Origin: an uncultured Verrucomicrobiae bacterium
GTDB taxonomy: Bacteria; Verrucomicrobiota; Verrucomicrobiia; Chthoniobacterales; UBA10450
NCBI GenBank assembly: GCA_963801815.1
Contig: CAWDGJ010000002.1
Coordinates: 128,001 to 192,000 of the forward strand
DNA: 64,000 nucleotides
Direction of reading: 5' to 3'
The notes under the pieces were generated by a model. That model made no database searches. It was not told the DNA's origin and saw only the letters and a program-made list of their open reading frames with translations. Shown piece by piece: positions 1-10,323 of the stretch. Position 1 is the stretch's first letter; each line of letters starts with the position of its first letter. The position numbers and the translations under genes were made by a program.

Positions 1-1376
1 GGTGCGCGTGATCAGGCCGAGAAATTTGTCGCCGTCCATCACGATGGCGACCCGACCGCGATCGAAAACTTCGAGCAGGTCGTTGATTTTCGCGCTGGGC
101 GAAAGGGTTTCGAGTTTGTCGGTCATCGCGGTTTGCACAGGATCGTTAAAGTGCGTCGAATCGCGATGCACCTTCACCAGCATGTCCGATTCATCGATAA
201 TCCCAATGGCGCGACCGTTTTGATCGACCACCGGCAATTGCGAGACATCGCTGGCCCGCATTCGCTTGAACGCAGTGAGCAAACGTGTCGGTCGGCCCAA
301 CCGAGATGACTTCGCCTGTTCTCGTAGCGATGCGAGATCAGATCGCTCAAGTCGCCGTGTGGCGGACGATGGATGAATCCCTGCTCGGCCATCCAGAAGT
401 CGTTGAACATCTTCGAGAGATATTTGTTGCCGGTGTCGGAAACGAAGGTGACGACGCGCTTCGCTTGCTTTTGCTCGCGGCAATAACGCAGCGCACCGGC
501 GACAAGCGTGCCAGTCGATGAGCCGCCAAAGATTCCTTCCTTGCGCAAAAGTTCGCGCGCCACCGCGAAACTTTCTTCGTCATCGATCTCGTAGGCCTCA
601 GTGACGAGCGACATGTCAGCGATGTCGGGAATGAAATCTTCGCCGATGCCTTCGACCGCCCAACTTCCAGACTTCCACGAGCTTTGCCGGTCTTCACGCA
701 TTCGTAAAGAATCGAGCCGGTCGGATCGGCCAGAACCATCTCGATCCCGCGCCGCGGTTTTACGCGATTAAAGAATCGGCCGAGACCGGTGAGCGTTCCG
801 CCGGAACCAACACCGACGACGATCGCATCGACATCGTGCCGCATTTGTTCCCAAATCTCCGGACCGGTGGTGCGTTCGTGCGCCAGTGGATTGGCCGGAT
901 TGCCGAACTGATTGACGTAAAACGCTGCCTGGAATTTCTCCGGCCAAACGCGCGGCGACATCCTGATAATATTCCGGGTGACCGCGGGTCACGTCGGAAC
1001 GCGTCAGAACAACTTCGGCGCCGAGCGCTCTGACGTGCGAAATTTTTTCCTGCGACATCTTGTCCGGGATCACCAGAACGACGCGATAACCTTTCGCGCC
1101 GGCGACCAGCGCGAGCCCGAGTCCGGTGTTTCCCGCAGTCGCCTCGATCACGGTGCCGCCGGGTTCGAGCTTTCCGTCCTCCTCGGCGGCTTCGATCATC
1201 GATAGCGCGACGCGGTCCTTGATCGAGCCGGTTGGATTTTGATTCTCCAGTTTCAAGAAAAACTGGCACGGGCCGGTATCGAATTGCGTGATCTCGACCA
1301 GCGGCGTGTCGCCGATCATCGAGAGGATTGCCGGCGGTCTTTTGGCTGAAGTCGGAGCTGTCGGAACCTCAAGCAT
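1..1376 (-). CDS. cbs: Cystathionine beta-synthase (PLP domain + C-terminal CBS pair); split by >=3 frameshifts, 3' end runs off window
   Basis: ORFs 768-1376 ([24 protein letters not shown]), 347-961 ([16 protein letters not shown]), 174-701 ([19 protein letters not shown]); CBS-domain text ([11 protein letters not shown]...[14 protein letters not shown]) at 1-200. Confidence 0.88.
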
Positions 1377-1378
1377 GA

Positions 1379-2227
1379 CTAGAATAGTGTGAGCGTTTCG
1401 TCCGGATAGTCGATCACGACTTTGTAGTTGCGGAGAAAATTGTAACCGACAATACCGTCGAGCTTTGCGCCAACTGCCGAGCTCAACATTTCAAAGAAGT
1501 CCGCGACGATTACGGCCATATTGTTGATCTTAGCACCTCCGAGCTGAAATGACTGCAACGATCCGGCGGAAAAATCGACCGATGCGCCCCCCGGTAGTGC
1601 CGGCCCCGATAGGAGAGGCTTGGACGCCGAGCTTTCGGGCGAGGTCTGGCGTAATAGCGGTCGTCGACGTGCCGGTATCGATCGCGAACTGAAACGGGCC
1701 GCCACCATTAGGTGAACATCGACGAGAATGAGCGGCTTCGCCGGAGCGGCCAGGCGAATCGGGACCTCGGTCTGCGCGCCTCGAGCAACACTTTCAACGC
1801 GTTTTGGATCGTCCAGCCGAATCTCGGAATCGCGATAGTTAATGGTGACGCGAAAGTGTTTTAGAAAATTGTAGCCGAGGTCGCCATCGATTTTAGCGCC
1901 AATGGTTTTCGCAATGTGGCCAAGGTCGACAATACCAATATCGACATCGTGCAATTTGGTTTCGCCGACGGCGAGCGAATCAACGTTGGCGAGTGAAACA
2001 GAAACCTTTCCGCCGGCGCTTTGACCTTCTTTTGAACCGAGAATCTTAACGCCGAGCTCTTTGGCCACATCAGTTGAAAGCAACGATGTGCCAGCGCCTG
2101 TATCGAAAATGAAATCAAATGGCCCGCGATTGTTTACCTGAACAGGAAGCAGAATCAGCGGCTGGGCGCCACCGGCGAGACGGAATTTAACTCTCGAACT
2201 GTTGAGCGAACGCGCGCCAGTGGTCAT
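1379..2227 (-). CDS. Tandem retropepsin-like (clan AA) aspartyl protease, two domains; internal compensating frameshifts
   Basis: FIFDTGAGTS and DGDLGYNFL motifs; second domain DGIVGYNFL; second DTG motif lies in an alternate frame at ~1590-1710. Confidence 0.8.
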   Translation of the reverse strand: MTTGARSLNSSRVKFRLAGGAQPLILLPVQVNNRGPFDFIFDTGAGTSLLSTDVAKELGVKILGSKEGQSAGGKVSVSLANVDSLAVGETKLHDVDIGIVDLGHIAKTIGAKIDGDLGYNFLKHFRVTINYRDSEIRLDDPKRVESVARGAQTEVPIRLAAPAKPLILVDVHLMVAARFSSRSIPARRRPLLRQTSPESSASKPLLSGPALPGGASVDFSAGSLQSFQLGGAKINNMAVIVADFFEMLSSAVGAKLDGIVGYNFLRNYKVVIDYPDETLTLF

Positions 2228-2743
2228 TCGGGCAATTTCGGTTCGCCCTTATGCGACCATTCATTCTTGCTGTCTTCGAGAAATTGCTGGAGCACGTCGA
2301 ACCGCACTTCGCCGTAGTTTAAGGCGTAGCGAAGATCGCCATCTTTATAAATCCAGGTCGTCGGAATCCATGACACCTGCATTCCGGCAAATCGTTTAAT
2401 TTTGTTGTCGCCGTGGCGTGGGCCGGGGTCGGCAACAATCGTGACGTTGGGCTCGTTCGCGATTTGAAATCTCTGCAGCATCGATTTGCCGTCGCCGCCA
2501 TCATTCCAAACTGACACGAAATAGAATTTCACCTGTGGATTTGCTTTGATCGACCTTCAACCAACCGCCGCTTTTCAGTTCGGCCTGGCAGTTCGAGCAC
2601 CAGGGCGCCCAGAGATGAACGATGTTCAGATCGGGCGATTTGATTGCCTCGAGGACGGCTTGTTCCGCGGACGGCTGGCCGTGGGCGAAATTCGCCGCGA
2701 CCAAAAGCACAACGAGCACAGTGATTCGTAAGATCGACATCAC
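2224..2743 (-). CDS. Secreted thioredoxin-like (TlpA/ResA-type) protein; one frameshift near 2548
   Basis: Signal peptide + WAPWCSNC in ORF 2501-2743; cis-Pro WIPTTW in ORF 2224-2532. Confidence 0.75.
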
Positions 2744-2780
2744 ATCAAATATGGAGAGAAGAAGAACGCGCTCAAGAGAT

Positions 2781-2830
2781 TGGTAGGGGCGACGCTCCGC
2801 GGAGCCGGCTCACGGAGTCTCGCCCTACCA
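2781..2830. repeat. GTAG-type REP-like palindrome
   Basis: TGGTAGGGGCGA...TCGCCCTACCA imperfect inverted repeat in an intergenic region. Confidence 0.6.
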
Positions 2831-2875
2831 TTCCGTTGATCAGCACAGATGAATCTTGTCACCGCGCGGTTGAAT

Positions 2876-2904
2876 TTGACCGATCCGCCGAAAACGCCTA
2901 GTGT
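2876..2904 (+). promoter_or_regulatory. sigma70-type promoter of rpsA
   Basis: TTGACC-N17-TAGTGT about 80 nt upstream of the rpsA start; AAGGAG SD-like motif before the ATG. Confidence 0.55.
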
Positions 2905-2980
2905 GGCGCTCCGTTTTTCGCGGAATTCGGCGGTCCCGGATCGCCCCGCAGCGTAAAGGCCCAAGGAGCCTTATTTATAT

Positions 2981-4750
2981 ATGTTGCAAATGCAGGATGT
3001 GATGTCGAAGCCGATGCGCGGACTTCAAAGAAGGCAGCATTGTCAAAGGACGCATTCTGGAAGATCCGCCCACGCGAAGTGCTCGTCGACATCGGTTACA
3101 AATCGGAGGGCGTCATTCCGTCGTCGGAATTCGAGGACATCGAGAATCGCTCGAAGTCGGCGACGAAGTGGACGTGCTGCTCGAGCGCCTCGAGAACGAC
3201 GAAGGCATGGTCGTGCTCTCGAAGGAAAAAGCGGCCTATCGCCAGAATTGGAACAAGATCGCGCAGCGTGTTTGCCAGGACGACGGCCTGATCAAGGGCA
3301 AGGTGAAGTCCGTCGTCAAAGGCGGCCTGATGGTCAACATCGGCGTCGAAGCGTTTCTGCCGGCGTCGCAGATCGACATCATCCCGCCGAAGGATTTGCA
3401 GCAGTTCGTCGGCAACACCTACGATTTCAAGATCGTCAAGATCAACGACGACCGGACAAAACGTCGTGCTCAGCCGCCGCGAATTGATCGAGCAGGAACG
3501 CAGCGAGAAGCGCCAGAAATTCCTCGAAGGCGTCAAGGTCGGCGACACGTGTCAAGGGCACGGTCAAGAATCTCACCGATTTCGGCGCGTTCATCGATCT
3601 CGACGGCATGGACGGCTTGCTCCACATCACCGACATGACCTGGGGCCGCCTCGGCCATCCGAGCGAACTGCTCAAGGTCGGCCAGCAGCTCGAAGTCCTC
3701 GTGCTCGACATCAACAAGGAGAAAGAGCGCGTTTCGCTCGGCCTCAAGCAGACGCAGAAGAATCCGTGGGACCAGATCGAAGAGCGCTTCCCGGCCGGCC
3801 AAAAGGTCAAAGGCAAGATCACCAACCTCGTTCCTTACGGCGCGTTCGTGGAACTCGAGGAAGGCGTCGAAGGCCTCATCCACGTCTCCGAACTTTCCTG
3901 GACGAAGCGCATCATGCGTCCATCCGACATTCTGACGGTCGGCCAGGAAGTCGAAGCCGTCGTGCTCGGCATCAACAAGGAGGAGCAGAAGATTTCGCTC
4001 GGCCTCCGCCAGCTCGAACCCAATCCGTGGGACGAAATCGAGAAGAAATTCACCATCGGCAGCCAGGTCAAGGGCACAGATCCGCAACATGACCGCCTAC
4101 GGCGCGTTCGTGGAACTGGAGGAAGGCATCGACGGCATGATCCACGTCTCCGACCTGAGCTGGACCCGCAAGATCAATCATCCGAGCGAAGTCTTCAAGA
4201 AGGGCGACGAAGTCGAAGCCGTGGTGATCGACATCGACAAGACCAACCAGCGCATCAGCCTCGGCATCAAACAGCTGAGCGACGATCCGTGGAAGAACAT
4301 CGATCAGAAATACAAGATCGGCGATCTCGTCAACGGCAAGGTCACGCAAGCTCGCCAGCTTCGGCGCGTTCGTGCAGTTGCAGGACGACATCGACGGCCT
4401 CGTCCACATCTCGCAGTTCAGCGAAGATCACGTCGACAAGGTCAAGGACGTGCTCAAGGTCGGCCAGGAAGTCGAAGCGCGCGTCATCAAGGTCGACAAA
4501 GTCGAGCGCCGCATCGGTCTCTCGATCAAGGCCGCGAACTACTCCGAGGAAGAATTGCGCAAGCGAAGTCCGAAGCGTTCGACACACTTCGCGTCCGGGC
4601 GAAGACATGGTCGGTCTGGAGAAAGCGTTCGACGCCGCCGAGCAGGAAGATTATCGCCCCGGCGAATCGAAAAAAGTCGCCACCAAGGAACCAAAGCCGG
4701 CCAAGGAAGCAAAAGAGCCGAAGCCGAAAAAGGAATCGAAGAAGAAATAG
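2981..4750 (+). CDS. rpsA: 30S ribosomal protein S1; multiple frameshifts
   Basis: S1 repeats spread over ORFs 3040, 3168, 3466, 3608, 4089 and 4372 ([59 protein letters not shown]); Lys-rich tail. Confidence 0.95.
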
Positions 4751-4820
4751 CTCTTTTCGATCCCCCCTCGGTCAACCTAATAGCTGGTATGCGCTCGGAG
4801 CAGCGGCTAATTCTTGTTGA

Positions 4821-5129
4821 GTGACTGAGTTCAATATCTACCGCGTCTATTATTACAGCGCGCCCCAATACAACTGGGCCGTCCGGATCGATCTTTATAT
4901 GAGCGCGGCGTACGTGGGCACGCTGCTGTTCATGAAGGAAGGCCAGTCAATACCCGCAAACACAATCGTGAACGGCGCTCCGCGATTGCATTACTCGATT
5001 CAAGATTTCCCGGCGATGATTCAAATGATTCGCGAAGAGAAACCGCTCTTCGTGAATCTGAATGAAGCCAACGGTATTGGCAGCATCAGCACCAGTGACG
5101 AGCCGGTTGGCGAACAGGAAGGCGTTTAG
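4821..5129 (+). CDS. Hypothetical protein (102 aa)
   Basis: Clean ORF, GTG start, globular composition, ends EPVGEQEGV. Confidence 0.65.
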   Translation: MTEFNIYRVYYYSAPQYNWAVRIDLYMSAAYVGTLLFMKEGQSIPANTIVNGAPRLHYSIQDFPAMIQMIREEKPLFVNLNEANGIGSISTSDEPVGEQEGV

Positions 5130-5590
5130 CGTCGGCCGCCGCCGAAGTCCTCGAAAGGATTGTAGACTGACAACGTGTAGTAATAGACGGCGCCGTCCGG
5201 CCGCTTTGAAACTGCTTGCGGATGTCCGAACAAAGCTTCGACATCACGGATCGTCGTGCGGCCGCGGACAAGCGCCCCAATGCGCCGCGTGTAAAACTCG
5301 TTTACCTCCGCGTTCGCGATATAAGCAGGCGACGTGAGCAAACGGCCGGCCTTGTCGAACCGAAAGGCGAGCACATCCGCGCCGTAACCGTGACGGAGCC
5401 GGTCTGATGTGTCGATGTATGGTGCGTCATCCAGGCCGAGTTGATGTGAGAGTGTCGATCCGTCGCGCACAACATAATACCCGGTGCGTGGCCCGAGCCG
5501 GACGTAATGTGAATCGTCGCTGAAAGAATTCGCGGGCGCCACTTGGACGACAGCGAAGAGCAAAACGGCAATCCGCAAGACGACGTTCAT
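5126..5590 (-). CDS. Secreted hypothetical protein with SmpA/OmlA-like C-terminal motif
   Basis: Signal peptide MNVVLRIAVLLFAVVQVAPA; GRTTIRDVEALFGHP...YYY motif. Confidence 0.6.
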   Translation of the reverse strand: MNVVLRIAVLLFAVVQVAPANSFSDDSHYVRLGPRTGYYVVRDGSTLSHQLGLDDAPYIDTSDRLRHGYGADVLAFRFDKAGRLLTSPAYIANAEVNEFYTRRIGALVRGRTTIRDVEALFGHPQAVSKRPDGAVYYYTLSVYNPFEDFGGGRR

Positions 5591-5741
5591 GTAAACCACA
5601 GATTGCACAGATTTCGCAGATGCAGAAGATTTCCTGAACACTTTAAAGTAGTCGATGGTCAATAAAACGCGCTTTCCGGTTCACGTGAAAAATTCGACGA
5701 AACAGAAAAGGGCGGAAATGGTAGCCTGTCGATCTTAGCGT

Positions 5742-6194
5742 TTATCGCATTTCGTCGAGCACGTCGGCGACCGCATTCTGCAAAGGGCGCGGACCGCTAC
5801 CGTTCAGTGCAAGATCGACATCTTCGAGGCGCCGGATGAGGTCGAGAACTTCGCGACGCGCGATTGGTCCACCGGCGGCGACGCAAAAGTGAGTACGGCA
5901 ACCGAATGGCCGGTCTTCGTAGATCAGGCATTTGCTCGTTTCTTGTTGAAGCATTGGGCACGCGCCATCGGCATTTTCAGGCAGTAATTTCCGGCCGGTG
6001 GCCCGAAGTGCCTTTGCTGCGGTGATGGCTTCGCCTTTCGTCAGATAAGGAGTGCGCCCGGTTCGTTTGAAGTGACAACATTCAGTCCGGCGCGTGCAAT
6101 TCCGCTGGATCGGCTTCTGCGCAAGATCGGCATAAATTTGTCGCACTTCCGCCAGCGCGCTCTGCAATTTCTTTGAAACATCTCGGGTGTTCAT
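5742..6194 (-). CDS. YkgJ/UPF0153 cysteine-cluster (Fe-S/Zn) protein
   Basis: CTRRTECC...CPML...CLIYEDRPFGCRTHFC; ATGA overlap with the upstream gene. Confidence 0.8.
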   Translation of the reverse strand: MNTRDVSKKLQSALAEVRQIYADLAQKPIQRNCTRRTECCHFKRTGRTPYLTKGEAITAAKALRATGRKLLPENADGACPMLQQETSKCLIYEDRPFGCRTHFCVAAGGPIARREVLDLIRRLEDVDLALNGSGPRPLQNAVADVLDEMR

Positions 6195-7423
6195 GGACTT
6201 TTCCGCTCGACTCCAGCCATGGCGTGTCCTGCAATCCACCCGGTAGTCCAGGCGGCCTGGAAATTGAAACCGCCCGTGATGCCGTCAATGTCGAGGAGCT
6301 CCCCGGCAAAATAGAGATTTGGCGTGACCCGGCTTTCCATGGTTTTGAAATTGATCTCGCGTAATCGCACGCCGCCGCAAGTAACAAACTCCTCTTTGTT
6401 CAACGATTTCCCATCGACCTTGAGTTCGGTCGCACGCAATTGTCGAATTAGTTCGTTCATTCCGGTGCGCGTGAGCGAAGTCCAATTTGTTTCCGGCAGA
6501 ATGCCGGCGTTCGAGGCCAGCTTTTCCCAAAGTCGTGCTGGAATTGCGCCGATGCGTGAATTGATGATTCGCTTCGTCGGTTCTGTTTGTCTGCGCGATT
6601 GGAGCTCGGACCGAAGTTCGGCCTCATTTTTTTGGGGAATCCAATTAACACGAAGGGTGAAGCGGTAGTTCTTTTGGTGCAAGACGCGCGCGCCCCAAGC
6701 CGAAAGTCGCAAAACGGCGGGACCGCTCACTCCGTTGTGTGTGATGAGCAACGATCCGCGCTCCCGCAGCTTTTCAACCGACACTTCGACGTCGCCTATG
6801 GATATCCCCGGCAATGATCGCAGCCACGGCGCGGAAGTGTGGAGCGAAAAGAGCGATGGAACCGGAGGCTCGATCGTGTGACCAAGCGAACACGCCAGCT
6901 CAGCACCAATTGCATTTCGAGCGCCACCCGTGGCCAGGAGTAGTCGATCGCAAGTCGTCGATTTCCCATCACTCAATCTCACCTCAAAACCCCCTTCCGT
7001 TCGAACACGCGCATTTTCGATACCTTTGCGCGTGAAGAGCCGAACGCCGGCCGCCTTCGCTTCTCTAATCAAACAATCGATGATGGTTTCTGATGAATCT
7101 GTCACCGGAAAGATTCGCCCGTCTTCTTCACGCTTAAGTCGGACGCCGCGCGCTTCAAACCAGGCAATTGTGTCCTCGGCTGAAAATCGATGGAACGGTG
7201 AAATGAGTTCCCGTTCGCCGCGCGGATAACGTGTCGTTAACATTCGCGGATCGAACAATGCGTGCGTTACATTACAACGCCCACCGCCAGAAATGCGCAC
7301 CTTGGAAAGAAATTGCGAGCTGCGCTCGAAAAGCGAAACCCTGCAGTTTCGATTAGCGTGCGCCGCAGCGATCGCCGCAAAGAAACCAGCGGCGCCGCCA
7401 CCGACAATCACGATTTCAGTCAC
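6191..7423 (-). CDS. HI0933/BaiN family NAD(P)/FAD-dependent oxidoreductase
   Basis: GGGAAG, KVRISGGGRCNVT, VTCGGV, GELLDIDGITGGFNFQAAW. Confidence 0.93.
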   Translation of the reverse strand: MTEIVIVGGGAAGFFAAIAAAHANRNCRVSLFERSSQFLSKVRISGGGRCNVTHALFDPRMLTTRYPRGERELISPFHRFSAEDTIAWFEARGVRLKREEDGRIFPVTDSSETIIDCLIREAKAAGVRLFTRKGIENARVRTEGGFEVRLSDGKSTTCDRLLLATGGARNAIGAELACSLGHTIEPPVPSLFSLHTSAPWLRSLPGISIGDVEVSVEKLRERGSLLITHNGVSGPAVLRLSAWGARVLHQKNYRFTLRVNWIPQKNEAELRSELQSRRQTEPTKRIINSRIGAIPARLWEKLASNAGILPETNWTSLTRTGMNELIRQLRATELKVDGKSLNKEEFVTCGGVRLREINFKTMESRVTPNLYFAGELLDIDGITGGFNFQAAWTTGWIAGHAMAGVERKSP

Positions 7424-7592
7424 CCGGCAAGTTCATCGATAAAAGGCAGCCCGCACTCGAAAATCACTCATTTGGACGCCCTCATTAAAAATCGCACAGA
7501 TTTTTGCGGACACAGCGCCAGATATCGAAAAATTTCTGAACGCTCCGTTCTCTCGTCGGTCAATAGAACGGAAAAAAGGGCGCTCTCATCTT

Positions 7593-8027
7593 ATGATCAA
7601 CAAAATAGCGATTCGGTTCGGCTCAATGCTCATCTTCGTTTTTGCGGTCCAGTCACTTTCGGCTGACGAGGCGTTAACAGAGCGCAACAAGGAAGTTGTC
7701 CGAAATTTTTATACTACGGTTTTCCTGGGTCGTAATGTCGATGCTGCGCCAAAGTTCTTGCGGCCTGATTACATTCAAGGCAATCCCGGAAATAACGTTC
7801 CCACCGGGCTGAAAGGTTTCATGGACGCATTTCGGGAAGGCTTTGCTAAGAAACTACCGCCCGACTACAAACGCGAGCTGCTAAATGTAATCGGCGACAA
7901 CGACATGGTCGTAATTTATGTGCGCCAAACCTGGACCAGTAAGGATGGACAGCATCATCAAGCCCTTGGCTTCGACATGTTTCGCGTCCAGGACGGCATG
8001 ATCGCAGAACATTGGGACGCGGATTAA
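7593..8027 (+). CDS. Secreted SnoaL-like/NTF2 family protein
   Basis: Signal peptide; NKEVVRNFY, DMFRVQDGMIAEHWD. Confidence 0.85.
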   Translation: MINKIAIRFGSMLIFVFAVQSLSADEALTERNKEVVRNFYTTVFLGRNVDAAPKFLRPDYIQGNPGNNVPTGLKGFMDAFREGFAKKLPPDYKRELLNVIGDNDMVVIYVRQTWTSKDGQHHQALGFDMFRVQDGMIAEHWDAD

Positions 8028-8041
8028 ATCGGTACGCAAAA

Positions 8042-8080
8042 CGCGCCCTTTCGCCCGGCAAAGCGAGCGGAAAAGGCGCG
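8042..8080. terminator. Hairpin between convergent genes (probable terminator)
   Basis: CGCGCCCTTT...AAAAGGCGCG stem between the stops at 8027 and 8131. Confidence 0.45.
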
Positions 8081-8091
8081 ACTGTGTTCCC

Positions 8092-8118
8092 GCCACGCCG
8101 TAGTTCCAGCGAAGTCGG
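8092..8118 (-). repeat. Short dispersed repeat CCGACTTCG-N5/6-CTACGGCGTG (copy 1)
   Basis: Reverse complement matches 17258-17283. Confidence 0.5.
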
Positions 8119-8130
8119 GTTGGCTAACTC

Positions 8131-8460
8131 TTAATCCTCGTCGAGGACTACGCGGTCGACGAGCATGTTGTCACCCTCACCCACGTAGTGAACGTGGACC
8201 GGAGCGCCCACGCGAACGCGTGTGCGAACGGTTGCCTCGTCAAGCGGCCTACCGCTTCTGGTTACATAAACAACACTCTTGCCGAAGCGATAATGTCGAG
8301 GCCCGGCACTCTCCTTCAGCACAATCGCGTTCCCCGGTGTGAACTCGGTGATTGTGCCACTGCCCTCAGTCGTGGTCGTAGTGGTGGTGGTTTCAGAAAC
8401 CTGCGCCCAAGCAAACGGGGCCGCGACTGCCAATGCCATGCTAAGTATTAACTTCTTCAT
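8131..8460 (-). CDS. Small secreted hypothetical protein (poly-Thr, OB-fold-like)
   Basis: Signal peptide MKKLILSMALAVAAPFAWA, Thr run, beta-rich domain. Confidence 0.75.
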   Translation of the reverse strand: MKKLILSMALAVAAPFAWAQVSETTTTTTTTEGSGTITEFTPGNAIVLKESAGPRHYRFGKSVVYVTRSGRPLDEATVRTRVRVGAPVHVHYVGEGDNMLVDRVVLDED

Positions 8461-8598
8461 TCATATTTAGACGCACCGAGCAATAATCGTATTCGGTTTC
8501 AATTGTGCATTTCTCGGCAATTTACCGAGAAAATCGAAAGGCAATCCCGCGCCTGAACAGTTCTCGACTTTGATCGCGCCGCTCTTCAAAAAGATTCA

Positions 8599-9450
8599 AT
8601 GGAACCAACGCCTCCACCTTTGTCATCAACGCCTCCTCCACCGTCAGCGCCGCAACCACGCGCAGATTGGTGGTCGCGAAACTGGAAATGGTTTGTCCCG
8701 ACCGGCTGCCTAACACTGATCGCGATGGGCGTCGCCTTTTTCGTCTGCATTTTTGTTCTCGTGTTCAGCGTTATCAAATCGTCGGACGCTTACAGGACAG
8801 CTCTCGACCGTGCCAAAAATGATGATCGCGTGGTGGCCGCACTCGGCACTCCGATTCACGATGGATTGGTTCCATCCGGAAAGACAAATGTGAGCGGACC
8901 TTCCGGTGAAGCCGATCTGGCCATTCCGATTTCCGGACCGAAGGGAAAAGCAACGATCTACGTCGTAGGCAAAAAGTCCGCCGGCAAGTGGGATTTCTCC
9001 AAGCTCGTGGTCCAGATCGATGGCGGCGAGATGATCGATCTCAATGAGTCGGCCGATTCAGAATCCACAAACGGAAACGATTCGAACATGGAAAACGAGG
9101 AATCGTCGGCAGACGAGCGAGTCGAAGCGATCAACCTCGCCCGCGAAGATCACGGCAAGCTCCATTCGGTGAAGGATTTTAAGCAAGCCGACAATCCGGA
9201 GCACATCGTCGTCGTGTTAACGGACGGGAACGAAGGGACACATGTCAAAACGGTTTGGACGAACCTGAATGCCGGAGGCGCGAAGAACCAGAAACTTTGG
9301 ACGAAGGAGCTCGTCACGGACGAGGCAAATCGCCGCGCTGACTTCTCGCTTTCCAACAGCAACGGCAAATTATTTCCGCCGGGCGATTACAAGATAGACG
9401 TCTATCTCGACGACGAGTTGATCCAGACCGTCCATTACCAAGTGCAGTGA
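8599..9450 (+). CDS. Coa1-family membrane protein with extra C-terminal beta-sandwich domain
   Basis: WWSRNWKWFVPTGCL-TM-SDAY...ALGTPI...GEADLAIPISGPKGKATIYV; C-terminal PPGDYKIDVYLD. Confidence 0.7.
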   Translation: MEPTPPPLSSTPPPPSAPQPRADWWSRNWKWFVPTGCLTLIAMGVAFFVCIFVLVFSVIKSSDAYRTALDRAKNDDRVVAALGTPIHDGLVPSGKTNVSGPSGEADLAIPISGPKGKATIYVVGKKSAGKWDFSKLVVQIDGGEMIDLNESADSESTNGNDSNMENEESSADERVEAINLAREDHGKLHSVKDFKQADNPEHIVVVLTDGNEGTHVKTVWTNLNAGGAKNQKLWTKELVTDEANRRADFSLSNSNGKLFPPGDYKIDVYLDDELIQTVHYQVQ

Positions 9451-10289
9451 AAGAAGTTACGAAACTCTCTCCGCTCATTCTTTGGCTGGCGATTGCTATA
9501 CACACGCCTCTTCTTCCTCTTTCGACAGCTGCGTCAGGCAACACCGAATTCGAAAGGCTTAGTAAGGAAGCAACGCGAAACGCTAAGACAAACGAAGGGC
9601 ATCACTACCAGAACAGAACCTTCTTGGACGCAATCGATCCGGCATTGCGCGCGGCGCTGGACGCTTGCATGAGAAGCTCGCCTAACACGATTGATGGACA
9701 TCCGGGCGAGGTTGATTTTGTGATCGCCGCCGATGGACACATAAAGAAGATTGTCTTTTCGCCTGACGTTCCTCTCGCTGAATGTGTGGCCGCGAAGCTG
9801 CGAGGTGTTTCAAAACTTCCACCTCCCCCGGCTGATTCGTGGGTCGTCGGTATCGGCGTTGCAAAACACGATGATCCAAAGTCGAAAGGCCCGCCCGATC
9901 GGCCGCAGCATTTGCAGGGGGCCGATCAACAAACGGCTTATGACAAAGCGATTGCGCCATACGTAGCAAAAGCGCGGGCTACGTATCCGTCGGCAAAGAA
10001 GCGTTTTCTTGACGGATTGCCACAAGGTTATCGGTTTTCCGTGCGCGCTCGCCTTCGCGACAAAGATGGCTCGCAGTTTGAGGATTCATTTGTGAGCGTC
10101 GAGAAGATCTCGAGAGGTCAAATTACGGGTATTATCGAAAATGAACTCCGTACAGTTAAACAATTTAAGACTGGCCAGCGCATCACAATTCCCGAAAGCA
10201 AGATCGACAATTGGGTAATCGTGCGACCGGACGGAACCGAGGAAGGAAACTACGTCGGCAAATTCCTCGATCACTACAAACCGCAGTAA
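9447..10289 (+). CDS. Secreted DUF2314-like domain protein
   Basis: Signal peptide; C-terminal KARATY...ITGIIENE...IDNW...EGNY pattern. Confidence 0.65.
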   Translation: MKEVTKLSPLILWLAIAIHTPLLPLSTAASGNTEFERLSKEATRNAKTNEGHHYQNRTFLDAIDPALRAALDACMRSSPNTIDGHPGEVDFVIAADGHIKKIVFSPDVPLAECVAAKLRGVSKLPPPPADSWVVGIGVAKHDDPKSKGPPDRPQHLQGADQQTAYDKAIAPYVAKARATYPSAKKRFLDGLPQGYRFSVRARLRDKDGSQFEDSFVSVEKISRGQITGIIENELRTVKQFKTGQRITIPESKIDNWVIVRPDGTEEGNYVGKFLDHYKPQ

Positions 10290-10323
10290 CCGCAACCCAC
10301 TCTCGTCAAGGCGGCAAATGAAT

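Noticed and set aside
2981..4750. rpsA (and lysS, thrC) as pseudogenes or programmed frameshifts
   Set aside because: These are essential or core genes with intact motifs and irregular indels lacking slippery sites. Sequencing error is more parsimonious.
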